The notes: generated by a model not told the origin, from the letters alone. 64,000 nucleotides of DNA from Herpetosiphon aurantiacus DSM 785 (GCA_000018565.1 CP000875.1:505199-569198), one strand, 5' to 3'; counted from the stretch's first letter, positions 30,035-39,903 are shown. A program made the numbers and translations.

Positions 30035-30601
30035 ATGCAACGTTTGATCGTAGCTATGCTGCTGTTGGTGATCCTCATCGGTTGTCGCCAACAACAAACA
30101 ACCCAGCCGCTTACTCCTTCGCCAATCAATAGTATTGATTCACGGAAGATTGAGGCAATCATTCTTAAGCCATTTCAGAATGAGCAGATTCAGAATCTTC
30201 AAATGTATCCAGTGGCAGGGCTTAACGAGGGAATGCTGTTTGTGTATCAGCTCGATTCAGCAAGAGGCAAAGCAATTGGTTTGTTGACTGGAGTTGAAAC
30301 TTTAGGCGAATTCTCAATCCGTAGCCAGTCCCTTGATATTCTTGGGCCTCAGAAGCCGTATGGTTTTTATCTGAGCAATGATGGTGGACAACCAAATTAC
30401 ATTGGCTATGGCTATATTCAACATCCAGAAACGATTAAGCAACTGCGAATTATATTGAGCGATGGTAACAGCTTGGTTGTTACTGGGAATACGATTACTG
30501 GCTTGGTCATGCCCAAACATAATCCGCCAATTCGACTAGAAGTTGTGGGAATAGATGGCACGATCATTGAACAGAATCCAATCACGCTTCCCACTCCTTG
30601 A
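30035..30601 (+). CDS. Lipoprotein (signal peptide with lipobox LIGC)
   Basis: MQRLIVAMLLLVILIGC. About 45% GC. Confidence 0.6.
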   Translation: MQRLIVAMLLLVILIGCRQQQTTQPLTPSPINSIDSRKIEAIILKPFQNEQIQNLQMYPVAGLNEGMLFVYQLDSARGKAIGLLTGVETLGEFSIRSQSLDILGPQKPYGFYLSNDGGQPNYIGYGYIQHPETIKQLRIILSDGNSLVVTGNTITGLVMPKHNPPIRLEVVGIDGTIIEQNPITLPTP

Positions 30602-30606
30602 AATGT

Positions 30607-31629
30607 TTAGCCACCCCAAACCTCGTTTTCGTGGCGCACGATCATGCTAATTGGCAAAATGGTATTTTCGCTGCTAGGAGTTTTGCCTTCGATCAGCTCG
30701 ATCAACACATTGGCGGCGGTTGCACCAAGATCGTACATTGGTTGGTGCAACGAGGTCATGCTGGGGTTGAGGCTGGCGGCAGTTGGCACATCATCAAAAC
30801 AGACCACGGTTATATCATCAGGCACGCGCAGCCCTTGGGTATGCAAGGTTTGTAATACGCCTGTGGCCATCACGGCGCTGCTGACAAACAGGGCGCTTGG
30901 CCGTGGTTGCAAGGCTAGTAATTGCTCAATTGCCGCTTGGCCGCCTTGTTCAGTCTCATTTCCAGTGGCAATCAATGCTGGGTGAATTGGCAAACCTGCC
31001 TCGCGATAGGCCTGTTGATAGCCCTCAATCTGATCGTGGGTGGCCAGTGCATGCAACGAGCCAACGATCATGCCAACCGATTGATGGCCAAGTTTCAGCA
31101 GATGATGCACTGCTTGGTAGCTACCCGCAAAATGGTCAATATCGACGCTGACAATATGATGCAGCAAGGGATGTTTGCCCACCAGCACCATCGGCACGCG
31201 GTCGGCGATCAGTTGCGGTAACAATGGATCATTGATTGTATTGGGAATCACGATTCGGCCATCGACGCTGCGACCATTCAGTAATTTAGTCGCTGGATCA
31301 TCGGCCCGATTGGCGCTATCCAACGAGACCATTAATACATAGCCCTTGGCATTACAAGCCTCGGTCATGCCCTGAAGCAGGTGCGAAAAGGTCGGGTTAC
31401 GAAAGATTGTGGCAGTAGTGCGCGAAATAAAGACCGCAATTACTTTGGGGCGTTGGCCTGCCAAGGTTCGCGCTGCTGCATGCGGGGTGTAATGATGCTC
31501 CTGCATCACGGCGAGCACTCGTTCGCGCACTTCGGCCCGTACATGCGGCTGATTGTTCAGCACCCGCGAAACCGTTGCAATCGAGACATGCGCCAATTCT
31601 GCAATTTGTTCAATCGTCAATGATGCCAT
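30607..31629 (-). CDS. LacI-family transcriptional regulator
   Basis: N-terminal HTH TIEQIAELAHVSIATVSRVLNN and a periplasmic-binding-protein-fold effector domain. Start set at MASLTIEQ. Confidence 0.9.
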   Translation of the reverse strand: MASLTIEQIAELAHVSIATVSRVLNNQPHVRAEVRERVLAVMQEHHYTPHAAARTLAGQRPKVIAVFISRTTATIFRNPTFSHLLQGMTEACNAKGYVLMVSLDSANRADDPATKLLNGRSVDGRIVIPNTINDPLLPQLIADRVPMVLVGKHPLLHHIVSVDIDHFAGSYQAVHHLLKLGHQSVGMIVGSLHALATHDQIEGYQQAYREAGLPIHPALIATGNETEQGGQAAIEQLLALQPRPSALFVSSAVMATGVLQTLHTQGLRVPDDITVVCFDDVPTAASLNPSMTSLHQPMYDLGATAANVLIELIEGKTPSSENTILPISMIVRHENEVWGG

Positions 31630-31640
31630 AACGCGACCTA

Positions 31641-32996
31641 CTAATTCCCTTCTGGACCAAGTGGCTGATAGGTTTGTTGGCGCAGTTTGTTCAGCAACCA
31701 AAAAGCTGCGCCACAGAGCAATAATTCTGAAATAGCTTCGGCGGCCCAAATGCCATTTAGGCCAAATAGCTGTGAGCCAAGCAATAAAATGGGCAGTTTA
31801 ATGCCAATAATGCTGCCAACTAGCAGCAATAGGGCTTGTTTGGCCCAGCCTGCCGCTTGTAAGGCCGCCGCGCTGACCAGCGAAATTCCGGTTAATGGAT
31901 AGGCCAGTGCTAACAAACGCAAGGCAGTTTGGCCTTCGGCAATCAAGGCTTGGTCATGCGAGAGCAGCGAAATCAAGCCACTAGGAATGATCAAGCATAT
32001 GCTGCTAATCAGTAGGCCATAGCCAACCGCTGCTCGCAGCGAAAGCTTAATTGTTTGCCATACGCGCTGAAGATTGCGCTGCCCAAGATTATAGCCGACA
32101 ATTGGCTGCATGCCTTGAATAATTCCAGTTTGCGGTGTCATCAAGCCGCTGTACAAGCTGCCAACAATCGCAAAAACGCTCAAAGCACTAGTGCCGCCAA
32201 GCGTTCGCAACAGATTATTGGTCACAATTGCCATAATGCTAGCGCTGAGATTTTTAATCAGCGAGGGCGAGCCAATCAGCAAAATTTCGCGCATAATCGC
32301 CCAATCGGGCTTAAAGTAGCTCAGTCGTATGTTATATGAGCGTTGTTTGCGAAAAAAGAAAAAATAGATGCTCATGCCAGCTGAAGCAGCCTGCCCAAGC
32401 ACCGTCGCAATGGCTGCACCTGTCATACCCAGCGGAAAAACAATCACCAACAACCACCAAAATCCAATCGTCAGGCTAACCGGAATGATCCAGATCGCGG
32501 TTGAAAAGCCGGTATTGCCGTCGGCGCGGATAATTGCCGAGTAGCCTGTGCTAGTAATTGCGCCCAAAAAGATGATGCGACCATAGTCGATGGCGTAGGG
32601 CGCAATGCTTTCGGTCGCGCCCAACAAATAGACAATTGGCTCAATTGCCAACGTGCCAATCACGCTGATAATGAGTGCCGCCGCCCAAAAAATAATGAAG
32701 GTATTGGCAACAACTCGCGCTGCTCGATCGGGCTGATGTGCTCCCAAGGCGCGTGAAACAACTGAAGCTCCGCCAGCACCAACCGTAGTTGAAACTGCTC
32801 CCAAGGCCAAGAGCACCGGCGCGATAATTGCAGCACCCGCCGCCGCTAAACCATTAATTCCAATCGAAAGTACATAGGTATTGGTGATGCTATAAATTGT
32901 ATAGACCAACAGCGAGATGGTGGTTTGCGACGACATCGCTAATAGCAACTTGCCGATGGGAGCGGTTCCTAATTTTTCAATGCTAGCTGTTGCCAT
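31641..32996 (-). CDS. MATE family efflux transporter
   Basis: 12-TM protein of the MATE family, by length and composition. Confidence 0.8.
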   Translation of the reverse strand: MATASIEKLGTAPIGKLLLAMSSQTTISLLVYTIYSITNTYVLSIGINGLAAAGAAIIAPVLLALGAVSTTVGAGGASVVSRALGAHQPDRAARVVANTFIIFWAAALIISVIGTLAIEPIVYLLGATESIAPYAIDYGRIIFLGAITSTGYSAIIRADGNTGFSTAIWIIPVSLTIGFWWLLVIVFPLGMTGAAIATVLGQAASAGMSIYFFFFRKQRSYNIRLSYFKPDWAIMREILLIGSPSLIKNLSASIMAIVTNNLLRTLGGTSALSVFAIVGSLYSGLMTPQTGIIQGMQPIVGYNLGQRNLQRVWQTIKLSLRAAVGYGLLISSICLIIPSGLISLLSHDQALIAEGQTALRLLALAYPLTGISLVSAAALQAAGWAKQALLLLVGSIIGIKLPILLLGSQLFGLNGIWAAEAISELLLCGAAFWLLNKLRQQTYQPLGPEGN

Positions 32997-33001
32997 ACAA
33001 T

Positions 33002-33979
33002 CTAATCAGCCTTGAGCCAATCCATGGTTGCGCCGAGCAGTTGACGGGCAATTGTGCGTACAAAATCGGTATCGTAATTGCGATAGTAGCATTCGATCGC
33101 CATCACCAGCGCCAAATATAACGAATACAGTTGATTGCGCTGTTCTTCCGCAGGCGTAAAAGCTATTTTGCCATAGCCCTGCATAAAATTGCTCAGGCTT
33201 TCGCCCGAGAATGGCCGAAATTGGGCTTCCATCAAGGGATCGCCCCATAGCGCCCGCTCAAAATCGATGATCCCAACAATCTTGTCATGCTCCACAAAAA
33301 AGTTGGCGTTCCAAGCATCCCAATGTACCAGATAAGGCGTGGTAACTTCATCAAGCGCAGCGGCATGCTTCAACACCGCCGCGCGAATTTCAGCATAGCT
33401 ATATTCAAGTTCAACGTTTTTACGCTGACCATCAGCCAACAAGGCATCGATTAACGTGATAAATGTGGCTTTCCAGCTATCGCCGCGTAGTTTGGGGTTG
33501 CCTTCGTAGCCAAAATAGCTGCCGCTAAATTGATTGATTTCGTGGATAATCGCCCCGATGTGCTGATCAACCTTGGCTTGGACTGCTGGCTCAAGCGCTG
33601 CCCGCACATGTTCGAGATTATCGCCAGCAATTTTTTGCATAAAAAAGTAAGGCGAATCGCACATGCTCAAGCTTTCGTCAAAAAAATAAATTGTTGGCAC
33701 AGGAATCGCTGGATTTTGCTGGACCAAGCGCATGGTCGCGACTTCGGTCTGCATAATATTGCGCTCGTAGCTCAGCACATCGGCATCAGGTAGTGGCGCA
33801 ATTTTGAGCACAACTTCGCGGCCATCGGCTAAACTGATGGCGTAGGCAGCATTAAACCAACCATCTTTGAGTTCTTGAATTGCTTGTTCGTGGGGGGCAA
33901 GCTGCATGCCTTCGAAGGCATGGGCTACCATGGTAGCAATTTGCTCGCGGGTTTTGGCATTTTTGGTGGTGCTATACAT
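33002..33979 (-). CDS. Aminoglycoside/choline-kinase-like phosphotransferase (APH family)
   Basis: Catalytic region HWDAWNANFF and IIDFE, the APH/ChoK Brenner motif. Confidence 0.75.
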   Translation of the reverse strand: MYSTTKNAKTREQIATMVAHAFEGMQLAPHEQAIQELKDGWFNAAYAISLADGREVVLKIAPLPDADVLSYERNIMQTEVATMRLVQQNPAIPVPTIYFFDESLSMCDSPYFFMQKIAGDNLEHVRAALEPAVQAKVDQHIGAIIHEINQFSGSYFGYEGNPKLRGDSWKATFITLIDALLADGQRKNVELEYSYAEIRAAVLKHAAALDEVTTPYLVHWDAWNANFFVEHDKIVGIIDFERALWGDPLMEAQFRPFSGESLSNFMQGYGKIAFTPAEEQRNQLYSLYLALVMAIECYYRNYDTDFVRTIARQLLGATMDWLKAD

Positions 33980-34183
33980 TGGCTGCCTTTCACAACGCTG
34001 CTAACGCTGAAAACCTCCAACCCAGCCGCCCCGATCGGGAGAACCAAAGCGACTGGGTTGGAAGTTCAAGGAGAGTATGCTTCGAACACGCGAGGTAAGC
34101 GCATCCAGGTCGTTGGCGCAGTGTTTGCCGTACTTTGCCCGACGACCTTTCTGAGGAGAAACGCTCAAGCAACGGCAGTGTTT

Positions 34184-34197
34184 CTGAAACGTTACAG
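34184..34197. promoter_or_regulatory. LacI-family operator-like palindrome CTGAAACGTTACAG
   Basis: 13 of 14 positions palindromic, with a central CG. Lies in the 300-bp divergent region shared by the APH-MATE-LacI operon and the paralog gene. Confidence 0.35.
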
Positions 34198-34305
34198 AAG
34201 TATACCATAGCAGTTAATGCGATGCAATAGACTTATTGCAATGATTTTATTAACGTGGCATGGCTGCTGCTTTAGCCTAAATTGCCCAAAATAGTTGAGG
34301 TTGAT

Positions 34306-35307
34306 ATGAATTTTCGTGAATATCGGATTGCTGCGCCGAATGTGCGCTCGTTATGTTGGCATGACCAGAGCTTGGTCGATTGGGTAGCTGGTGGCACGCG
34401 CTATCAGTTGGATGGCCCGATTAAACGTTCATCAACGGTCTATCCGTTTGGCTTTGATGCGGCGGTGCAATCGGCTTCAGGTGAGGTCGTGGTAATTTAT
34501 CAGCGCTTAGGAACCAAGGGTTTAGTGCTTAACAATGGCCAAATTGTGCGCGAAATTAACCGCAGCTACTACTACGCCGACAGCTATGAGTATCCCATCG
34601 CGATTCTTCAACATGCCGATTTGAATGAAGTATTGGTGCATTGCCCCGAAAAATACAATCAACTTGAGCTTGAAGATGTTGTCACAAATCGACGACTGAA
34701 TGAAGCCGAACGCAAGCCAGTCGAGATTTTTCATTCGCGATTAAGTGTTAGCCCCAAAGGCAAATGGTTGGTGAGCGCTGGTTGGCAGTGGCAACCGACC
34801 CATACCGTGGCAATTTACAACGTTGATGAGATCTGGGCACAACCGCAAATCCTCGATACTGAAGGTTTTTGTCCGTCAATTCAAGTCGATATTAGCTCGG
34901 TCAGCTTTTTAGATGAACAAACCCTGCTGATTATCACCGATGAATTTGCTAACCTGAGTGCCGATTTGGTTGATACGCTGGTACAACGACGCGGCGCACA
35001 TAGCATCGGCTACTACGATCTGCTCAATCGCCAATTTCGCGCCACCGTCGAGGCCGAGGAGATTGTGGGCACAGCTATGGCGCTGAGCGAACGCTATGTG
35101 GTTGGTTTTTACGATCATCCAAAATTGTTCGATTGTACCACGGGCAAGGTTGTGCAGCGCTGGCCCGATTTAGCCACAGGCCGTCAAACCCATAGCATGA
35201 TCGGCAGGCTTGATCAATCCATCCCGCCAATCGCCTTTGATCAAGCTAACCAACGTTTTGCGGTGGCCGATGCCAAGGGCATTACGGTGATTGAATTGAG
35301 TTTATAG
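34306..35307 (+). CDS. Hypothetical protein, paralog 1 of a tandem pair
   Basis: Shares long conserved blocks with 35422..36429 (REYRI, VRSLCW, AAVQS.SG..VIYQRLGT, FYDHPKLFDCTTGK, IAFDQANQRFAVADAKGITVIEL). Confidence 0.7.
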   Translation: MNFREYRIAAPNVRSLCWHDQSLVDWVAGGTRYQLDGPIKRSSTVYPFGFDAAVQSASGEVVVIYQRLGTKGLVLNNGQIVREINRSYYYADSYEYPIAILQHADLNEVLVHCPEKYNQLELEDVVTNRRLNEAERKPVEIFHSRLSVSPKGKWLVSAGWQWQPTHTVAIYNVDEIWAQPQILDTEGFCPSIQVDISSVSFLDEQTLLIITDEFANLSADLVDTLVQRRGAHSIGYYDLLNRQFRATVEAEEIVGTAMALSERYVVGFYDHPKLFDCTTGKVVQRWPDLATGRQTHSMIGRLDQSIPPIAFDQANQRFAVADAKGITVIELSL

Positions 35308-35421
35308 GGCTAATAACAGCAGTTCTCGCCCTCAGTTAACTACATTCTCCATCAATCGATGGTTAATACAAGGAGATTCTTCTTATACTATAGTGGGCAA
35401 CGAGATTATTGAGGGTTAGTA

Positions 35422-36429
35422 ATGCACTATCGAGAATATCGAATTTCAGCGGTTGGTGTGCGTTCGCTTTGTTGGGACAAACAGAAACTGATTGATTGGG
35501 TGACTGGAACAATCTATCAACTTAATGGAACTGCTGACCGATTTCATCGTGGCTATGGTCAAACATTTGACGCGGCGGTGCAATCGACATCTGGTGATTT
35601 AGCAGTTATTTACCAGCGCCTTGGCACAGCGGGAATGCTGATTGATCGGCATAAGCCACTACGAACGTTAACGCGTGATAAATACCATGCTACTATTTAT
35701 GAATATCCCGTTGGGTTTCTTCACGATGCTCAAGGGCGTGAATTGTTGATCCATTGCCCTGAACGTTATCTCAAACTTGAAATTGAAGAGGCCCGCACCG
35801 GGCGTTCAGCAGCCTCGTTGAATAAAACCCTCATTGAGCGCTTAAGGTTATGGTTTGCCGAAACGGATGATCGTAATCCGATGGATATATTTCACTCGCG
35901 CTTAATCCAAAGCCCTGGTGGTCGGTGGTTGTTGAATGCTGGTTGGATTTGGCATCCGTATGATACCTTCGTGCTGTATGAAGTAGCCGATGTATTAGCC
36001 GATCCCCGTATGCTTGATTCGAATCACTTTGAATTTGCCTATCCAATAGTTGCTGAGATTAGTGCCGCAGCGTTTCTTGATGATCAAACCTTAATCCTTG
36101 TTAACAGCGAATATCCGGAAGATGATGAAGAATCTCCTAAGTATCACGAAGATCCGCTGTTCCATAGTGGCCCTTATAGCATTGGTAGCTACGATCTGAT
36201 TAATCGTCGCTATCGTTCGGTTGTCAAAGCTGAGGAAATTGTTGGCACCATGATGCCATTAAGCGAGCGCTATTTAATTGGTTTTTACAAGCACCCAAAA
36301 TTATTCGATTGTACGACTGGTAAGATTATTCAGCGCTGGCCACAGCTTAATACAGGCACGCAAACCAGTAGTTTATTAATGAAGCCAGAGTTGATTCCCC
36401 CACCGTTTGCCTTTGATCAAGCTAACTAA
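35422..36429 (+). CDS. Hypothetical protein, paralog 2. An in-frame TAA at 36427..36429 truncates it relative to paralog 1; the remaining tail (RFAVADAKGITVIELSD) is still readable downstream.
   Basis: FAFDQAN then TAA, then cgttttgcggtggccgatgccaaggggattacggtgattgag, which matches the paralog 1 C-terminus. Confidence 0.7.
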   Translation: MHYREYRISAVGVRSLCWDKQKLIDWVTGTIYQLNGTADRFHRGYGQTFDAAVQSTSGDLAVIYQRLGTAGMLIDRHKPLRTLTRDKYHATIYEYPVGFLHDAQGRELLIHCPERYLKLEIEEARTGRSAASLNKTLIERLRLWFAETDDRNPMDIFHSRLIQSPGGRWLLNAGWIWHPYDTFVLYEVADVLADPRMLDSNHFEFAYPIVAEISAAAFLDDQTLILVNSEYPEDDEESPKYHEDPLFHSGPYSIGSYDLINRRYRSVVKAEEIVGTMMPLSERYLIGFYKHPKLFDCTTGKIIQRWPQLNTGTQTSSLLMKPELIPPPFAFDQAN

Positions 36430-36518
36430 CGTTTTGCGGTGGCCGATGCCAAGGGGATTACGGTGATTGAGCTTAGCGATCAATTGTGAGTGGTACAATA
36501 GCCGCTGCTGATGTGTGA

Positions 36519-37400
36519 TTGGGGTTGGCAATGCGGCGACAAAAACCATTGGATTGGGCAACACTTGGGCCAATTGCGGTGCTGTTGGGCTTGTTATTGT
36601 TGATTGTGAATCAGCTTAATCAACCCAAAAATCAGTATGCTCCGTTGAGTGCCTATTTTAATGATGCTGCGGCGAGTGTGCCGCAAAGCCAACTTACCCC
36701 CTTGCCGCCCACAACGTTACAAGCGATTGAGCAAAGCAACGCCGCTGGCAGCTCCAACCAAATCGATTTGGTACTCGAAGCTGAGCTGTATCAAGACCAA
36801 AGTAACGAGTTAGCCAGCGAATTGCAAATTGCCCTCGATTATGTTCAAGAACGTACCAATATCCGTTTGGCCGAACGGGTTACGGTGGTGATCAGCCAAG
36901 ATGCCCAATGTGGCTTCCATGGCGTAACCTACTCCGATGTGCGAGTGATTTATATCTATAGTTGTGCTGGGGTGGCACGCAGCCGTGTGGTGAATATTGC
37001 TGCTCATGAATTTGTCCATCAATTAGAGCAGGATCGCTATGGCGCTGCCCATTTGAGCACCGACTTGGTGCTTTCTGAGGGTTTTGCAACTTGGGGCGCT
37101 GGCCGTTATTGGCTGGGCAGTGCCAGCGATTTTACGAGCTTTGCCCGCGATTATCAGGCCAACGGGCAAGCCTTACCCTTGGCAACCCACTATGCTGGCG
37201 TTGGCATCGATGGTATGAACGTGCTCTATTATCAATGGGCGAGTTTTGTCGATTATTTGATTAATAACTATGGCCGTGAAGCCTTCGATCAATTGTATAT
37301 TTCGGGTGGCGAACGTCAACCTGGCGCAGCCAATTACGCAGCAATCTACAATCGCTCGTTTGGTTTGCTTGAGGCTGAATGGCGGCAAACGCTGGATTAG
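36519..37400 (+). CDS. Membrane-anchored hypothetical protein with an HExxH motif (putative metallopeptidase-like)
   Basis: N-terminal TM segment. AAHEFVHQLE motif. Confidence 0.5.
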   Translation: MGLAMRRQKPLDWATLGPIAVLLGLLLLIVNQLNQPKNQYAPLSAYFNDAAASVPQSQLTPLPPTTLQAIEQSNAAGSSNQIDLVLEAELYQDQSNELASELQIALDYVQERTNIRLAERVTVVISQDAQCGFHGVTYSDVRVIYIYSCAGVARSRVVNIAAHEFVHQLEQDRYGAAHLSTDLVLSEGFATWGAGRYWLGSASDFTSFARDYQANGQALPLATHYAGVGIDGMNVLYYQWASFVDYLINNYGREAFDQLYISGGERQPGAANYAAIYNRSFGLLEAEWRQTLD

Positions 37401-37442
37401 GCCGTGCTACAATGGCCCAAGCAATTGTGCAAAGGAGAGTCT

Positions 37443-38342
37443 ATGCATCCGCCGTTTGGTCCGAATTTGCTTGAGTTAGGCCCGATTGTAATTCGTATGT
37501 ATGCGATTGCAATTTTGAGTGGCGCTATGCTGGGGGGCTGGCTCGGCGCTCATCGTGCCCGCGCCCGTGGCTATAATCCCAATATCGTTTGGGATTGGTT
37601 GATCGTTGGCTTGATTTTGGGCGTTGCCGGCGGGCGAATTTGGTATGTGGCTTCATCGTGGCCGCAATATCGTGATGGCCCATTTATCGATATGATCAAC
37701 ACTACAAAGGGCGGCTTGGCCATTCACGGAGCGATCGTTGGCGCAGTATTGACGGTGATCATCGCCGCCTGGCGCACCAAAACCAATGCTTTGACCTGGA
37801 TGGATGTCTTGGCTCCATGTTTGAGTGTTGGTCAAGCGATTGGGCGCTGGGGCAACTTTTTCAATAACGAAGCCTACGGCGGCCCAGTTAGCAACGGTTT
37901 GCCCTGGAATTTGGATATTCCAGCTCAATATCGGATTCGTGGCACTGAACAATATGATGCCTCAACCCGTTTTCATCCCACCTTTTTATACGAATCGCTT
38001 TGGAATTTAGGCGTGTTGTTTTCGATTGTCTTTATCGAACGCCGCTTTCGTGGGCGCTTACGCAACGGCGATTCATTGCTGATTTATGGTGTGCTCTATT
38101 CGATTGGCCGCTTTTGGATCGAAGATCTGCGGGTTGATAAGCTCTGTACTGGCGGCGTTGGTGGCGCGATTTGTAACGATAGCCTCTCGACCGCCCGTTT
38201 GACCAGCATTGTGTTGATTGTTGGTTGTAGCGCCTTGTTTGTGTTGCGCCGAGTGTTGCAGCGCAATCCACCAGCCAGCAGCTACCAACAATGGGATGAA
38301 CCATGGCAACCAGAGCCTGAAACCGCCAAAGCCGCCGCTTAA
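37443..38342 (+). CDS. lgt: Prolipoprotein diacylglyceryl transferase Lgt
   Basis: Lgt signature region GGRIWYV...HGAIVG...GRWGNFFNNEAYG. RBS aggag. Confidence 0.9.
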   Translation: MHPPFGPNLLELGPIVIRMYAIAILSGAMLGGWLGAHRARARGYNPNIVWDWLIVGLILGVAGGRIWYVASSWPQYRDGPFIDMINTTKGGLAIHGAIVGAVLTVIIAAWRTKTNALTWMDVLAPCLSVGQAIGRWGNFFNNEAYGGPVSNGLPWNLDIPAQYRIRGTEQYDASTRFHPTFLYESLWNLGVLFSIVFIERRFRGRLRNGDSLLIYGVLYSIGRFWIEDLRVDKLCTGGVGGAICNDSLSTARLTSIVLIVGCSALFVLRRVLQRNPPASSYQQWDEPWQPEPETAKAAA

Positions 38343-38478
38343 TCACGATCAGGAGCTTGGGGAATTGACCTCAAGCTCTTTTTTCGCAACAATCCAGCTC
38401 TAACCCACGTATGTTTTGCAAGATTTTTAATCCCCATTGGCCGTTTCCTGCGATGTTCTTTTTGAGAAAGGGTCTGCT

Positions 38479-39903
38479 ATGTTTGGAGTTCTGCGTGGGT
38501 GCTCGCCGCACCTCGATCAACCGACCCATGCCGCGTGGTGGAGCCACATTTGTGGTATGTGCCTAACCTTGCGCGACCAGCATGGCCAAGTTGCTCGCAT
38601 TACCACCAATTACGATGCTGCTTTGCTTTCGGCGTTGTACGAAGCTCAACGCGCTGAGCAAGGCTCCCGCCGCACGAGTGTTTGCGCGTTACGTGGTTTT
38701 CGGGCGCTCGATGTGGTCGCTGCTGATAATCATGGTTCACGCTATGCTGCCGCCGTAAGTTTGCTGATGGCCGCAATTCGGCTGCGCGATAATGTGGCCG
38801 ATCGCGATGGTTGGGCTGGTAAAGTGCCCTTGGTTGCTAACACGGTTGCTAAACGTTGGGATAAAAAAGCTGAGCAAACCGCCCGTGAGTTGGGCTTCGA
38901 GCCAGCTTTATTGCGCCAACAAGCCGTCGCTCAGGCTGAAGTCGAGGCCTTGGTCAATGCCGATTTTTGCACCTATTCGGCTCCGACTGAAGCTGCGGTG
39001 GGTGCGGCGTTTCGGCATACGGCGATTTTGGCCAACCAACCGAGCAATGCCGAGCCACTTGAGCAAATGGGCCGTATGTATGGCCGCATGATGTTGCTGC
39101 TCGATAGCTACAACGATGTGGCTGAAGATCAAGCCCGTGGCCATTTCAATGCCTTGTGTGCCACGCCCCAAGCCGAATTGCGCACGGTTGCCCATAAAAT
39201 CTTCAACGATGCTTTTGCCAATTTGCGCCAACAATGGCAACGTTTGAGCTTGCTGCAAGCACATTTGGTTGAAGTGTTGTTGCTGAATATGTTGCCAGCA
39301 ATTGGCTCGAAAGCCTTTGGCGCATGCAAACGCCATAGTTTGGCTTGTGCCACGGTCTTGCCAGTTGCGGCGGCTTTATTACCAGCCATGGCCAGCGATT
39401 ACGATGACGATCCTTCACGGCGCGACCCCAACCGCGCTTATACTGGGCCAACCCGCGCCCTCAAGCCCCACGAAAACCCTGAATATCAAGGTCAATATCC
39501 ACAACAGCCGCCCTATCAAGGCCAATATCCGCAACAACCATATCAAGGCTATCCACCACAATCCAATCCAAATGATCCCTCGATGTTGCCGCCTGGCTCG
39601 TTGCCGCCAGCTAGTTCACACCCGGTTCCGCCGCCAGGCCATTATCAAGATCGTAAGCGCGATGTAGCGATGGGCGCAGCCTTATGCTGTTGTCAGAGTC
39701 GTAGCCGTCGTCACCACCACTCGCATCGTTCACGTATCGTGTGTTGTGACGATGATTGCTGCGATTGTTGCCAATGCACCTGCTGCTGTTGCGATGCCAC
39801 CGATGCCTGCGAAGGCGATGGTTGTAGTTGCTGCGAATGTGGGGGCTGTGGTGAATGTGGCAGTTGCTGCGAATGTGGCGATTGCTGTAGCTGTGATTGT
39901 TAA
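38479..39903 (+). CDS. Hypothetical protein with a Pro/Gln/Tyr-rich repeat region and an extremely Cys-rich C-terminal tail (metallothionein-like)
   Basis: YQGQYPQQPPYQGQYPQQPYQGYPPQ, then CCCQSRSRRHHHSHRSRIVCCDDDCCDCCQCTCCCCDATDACEGDGCSCCECGGCGECGSCCECGDCCSCDC. Confidence 0.7.
   Translation: MFGVLRGCSPHLDQPTHAAWWSHICGMCLTLRDQHGQVARITTNYDAALLSALYEAQRAEQGSRRTSVCALRGFRALDVVAADNHGSRYAAAVSLLMAAIRLRDNVADRDGWAGKVPLVANTVAKRWDKKAEQTARELGFEPALLRQQAVAQAEVEALVNADFCTYSAPTEAAVGAAFRHTAILANQPSNAEPLEQMGRMYGRMMLLLDSYNDVAEDQARGHFNALCATPQAELRTVAHKIFNDAFANLRQQWQRLSLLQAHLVEVLLLNMLPAIGSKAFGACKRHSLACATVLPVAAALLPAMASDYDDDPSRRDPNRAYTGPTRALKPHENPEYQGQYPQQPPYQGQYPQQPYQGYPPQSNPNDPSMLPPGSLPPASSHPVPPPGHYQDRKRDVAMGAALCCCQSRSRRHHHSHRSRIVCCDDDCCDCCQCTCCCCDATDACEGDGCSCCECGGCGECGSCCECGDCCSCDC

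Noticed and set aside
33980-34281. Possible TPP or cobalamin riboswitch in the APH/paralog leader
   Set aside because: The conserved cores (CTGAGA...ACCTGA; the B12 box GCCACTG) are absent. It is kept only as a generic structured-leader observation.
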